DNA of 59,547 bases, counting the filler. It is 4 parts of 4 records of this genome, joined end to end, with 100 filler letters (N's around TTAATTAATTAA, not from the genome) between each part and the next. Parts side by side here need not be neighbours in the genome. Positions count along the whole stretch, not along the records: positions 53,807 to 59,547 come from DRR723986_9128; 3 more parts are not named here. One strand, given 5' to 3'. Shown one piece after another: positions 59,517-59,547 of the stretch. Position 1 is the first letter of the stretch, and every line of letters begins with the position of its first letter. Position numbers and translations under genes: made by a program. The notes under the pieces are model-generated. The model was given only the letters and a program-made list of their open reading frames with translations. It was not told where the DNA came from and did not search any database.

Positions 59517-59547
59517 GTTGCGGGGCTGCGTTTGTGGGCGGGTATGG

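Overview
This window is not one locus. It is four contigs joined by 100-bp artificial spacers (44 N + TTAATTAATTAA + 44 N) at 23426-23525, 44622-44721 and 53707-53806. Contig A (1-23425) looks FCB-group (Bacteroidota/Ignavibacteria/Kapabacteria-like; inference). It carries an ABC ATPase, T9SS-type secreted metalloproteases, a BNR-repeat protein, a CobW GTPase, a divergent queA, adk, a YpdA reductase, two histidine kinases, an outer-membrane gene pair and a DUF4835/PorD-like gene. Contig B (23526-44621) looks planctomycete. It carries Lhr-core helicase + PdeM, an EEP hydrolase, a TMEM175-like channel, an ECF sigma/Ser-Thr kinase pair, a FabD-like protein, CheY, UvrD, an alpha/beta-hydrolase-like protein, an FHA protein and gcvT-H-PA-PB-lipoate ligase. 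Contig C (44722-53706) has two tandem CRTAC1/VCBS-ASPIC lipoproteins and a truncated secreted protein. Contig D (53807-59547) is high-GC and Rhodobacteraceae-like: gor-hflK-hflC-DUF2065-degP. I saw no rRNA, tRNA, CRISPR array or mobile element. The best novelty candidates are: (i) an intact FabD homologue lacking both catalytic residues, divergent from an ECF/STK pair and followed by CheY; (ii) a near-consensus sigma28 promoter ahead of an orphan coiled-coil protein with a motility-type C-terminal motif; (iii) a ComEA-type barrel lacking its HhH domains next to a partner gene split by one in-frame TGA; (iv) other motif-deviant proteins (QueA, alpha/beta hydrolase, TMEM175). All family calls come from reading motifs by eye; no database search was run.
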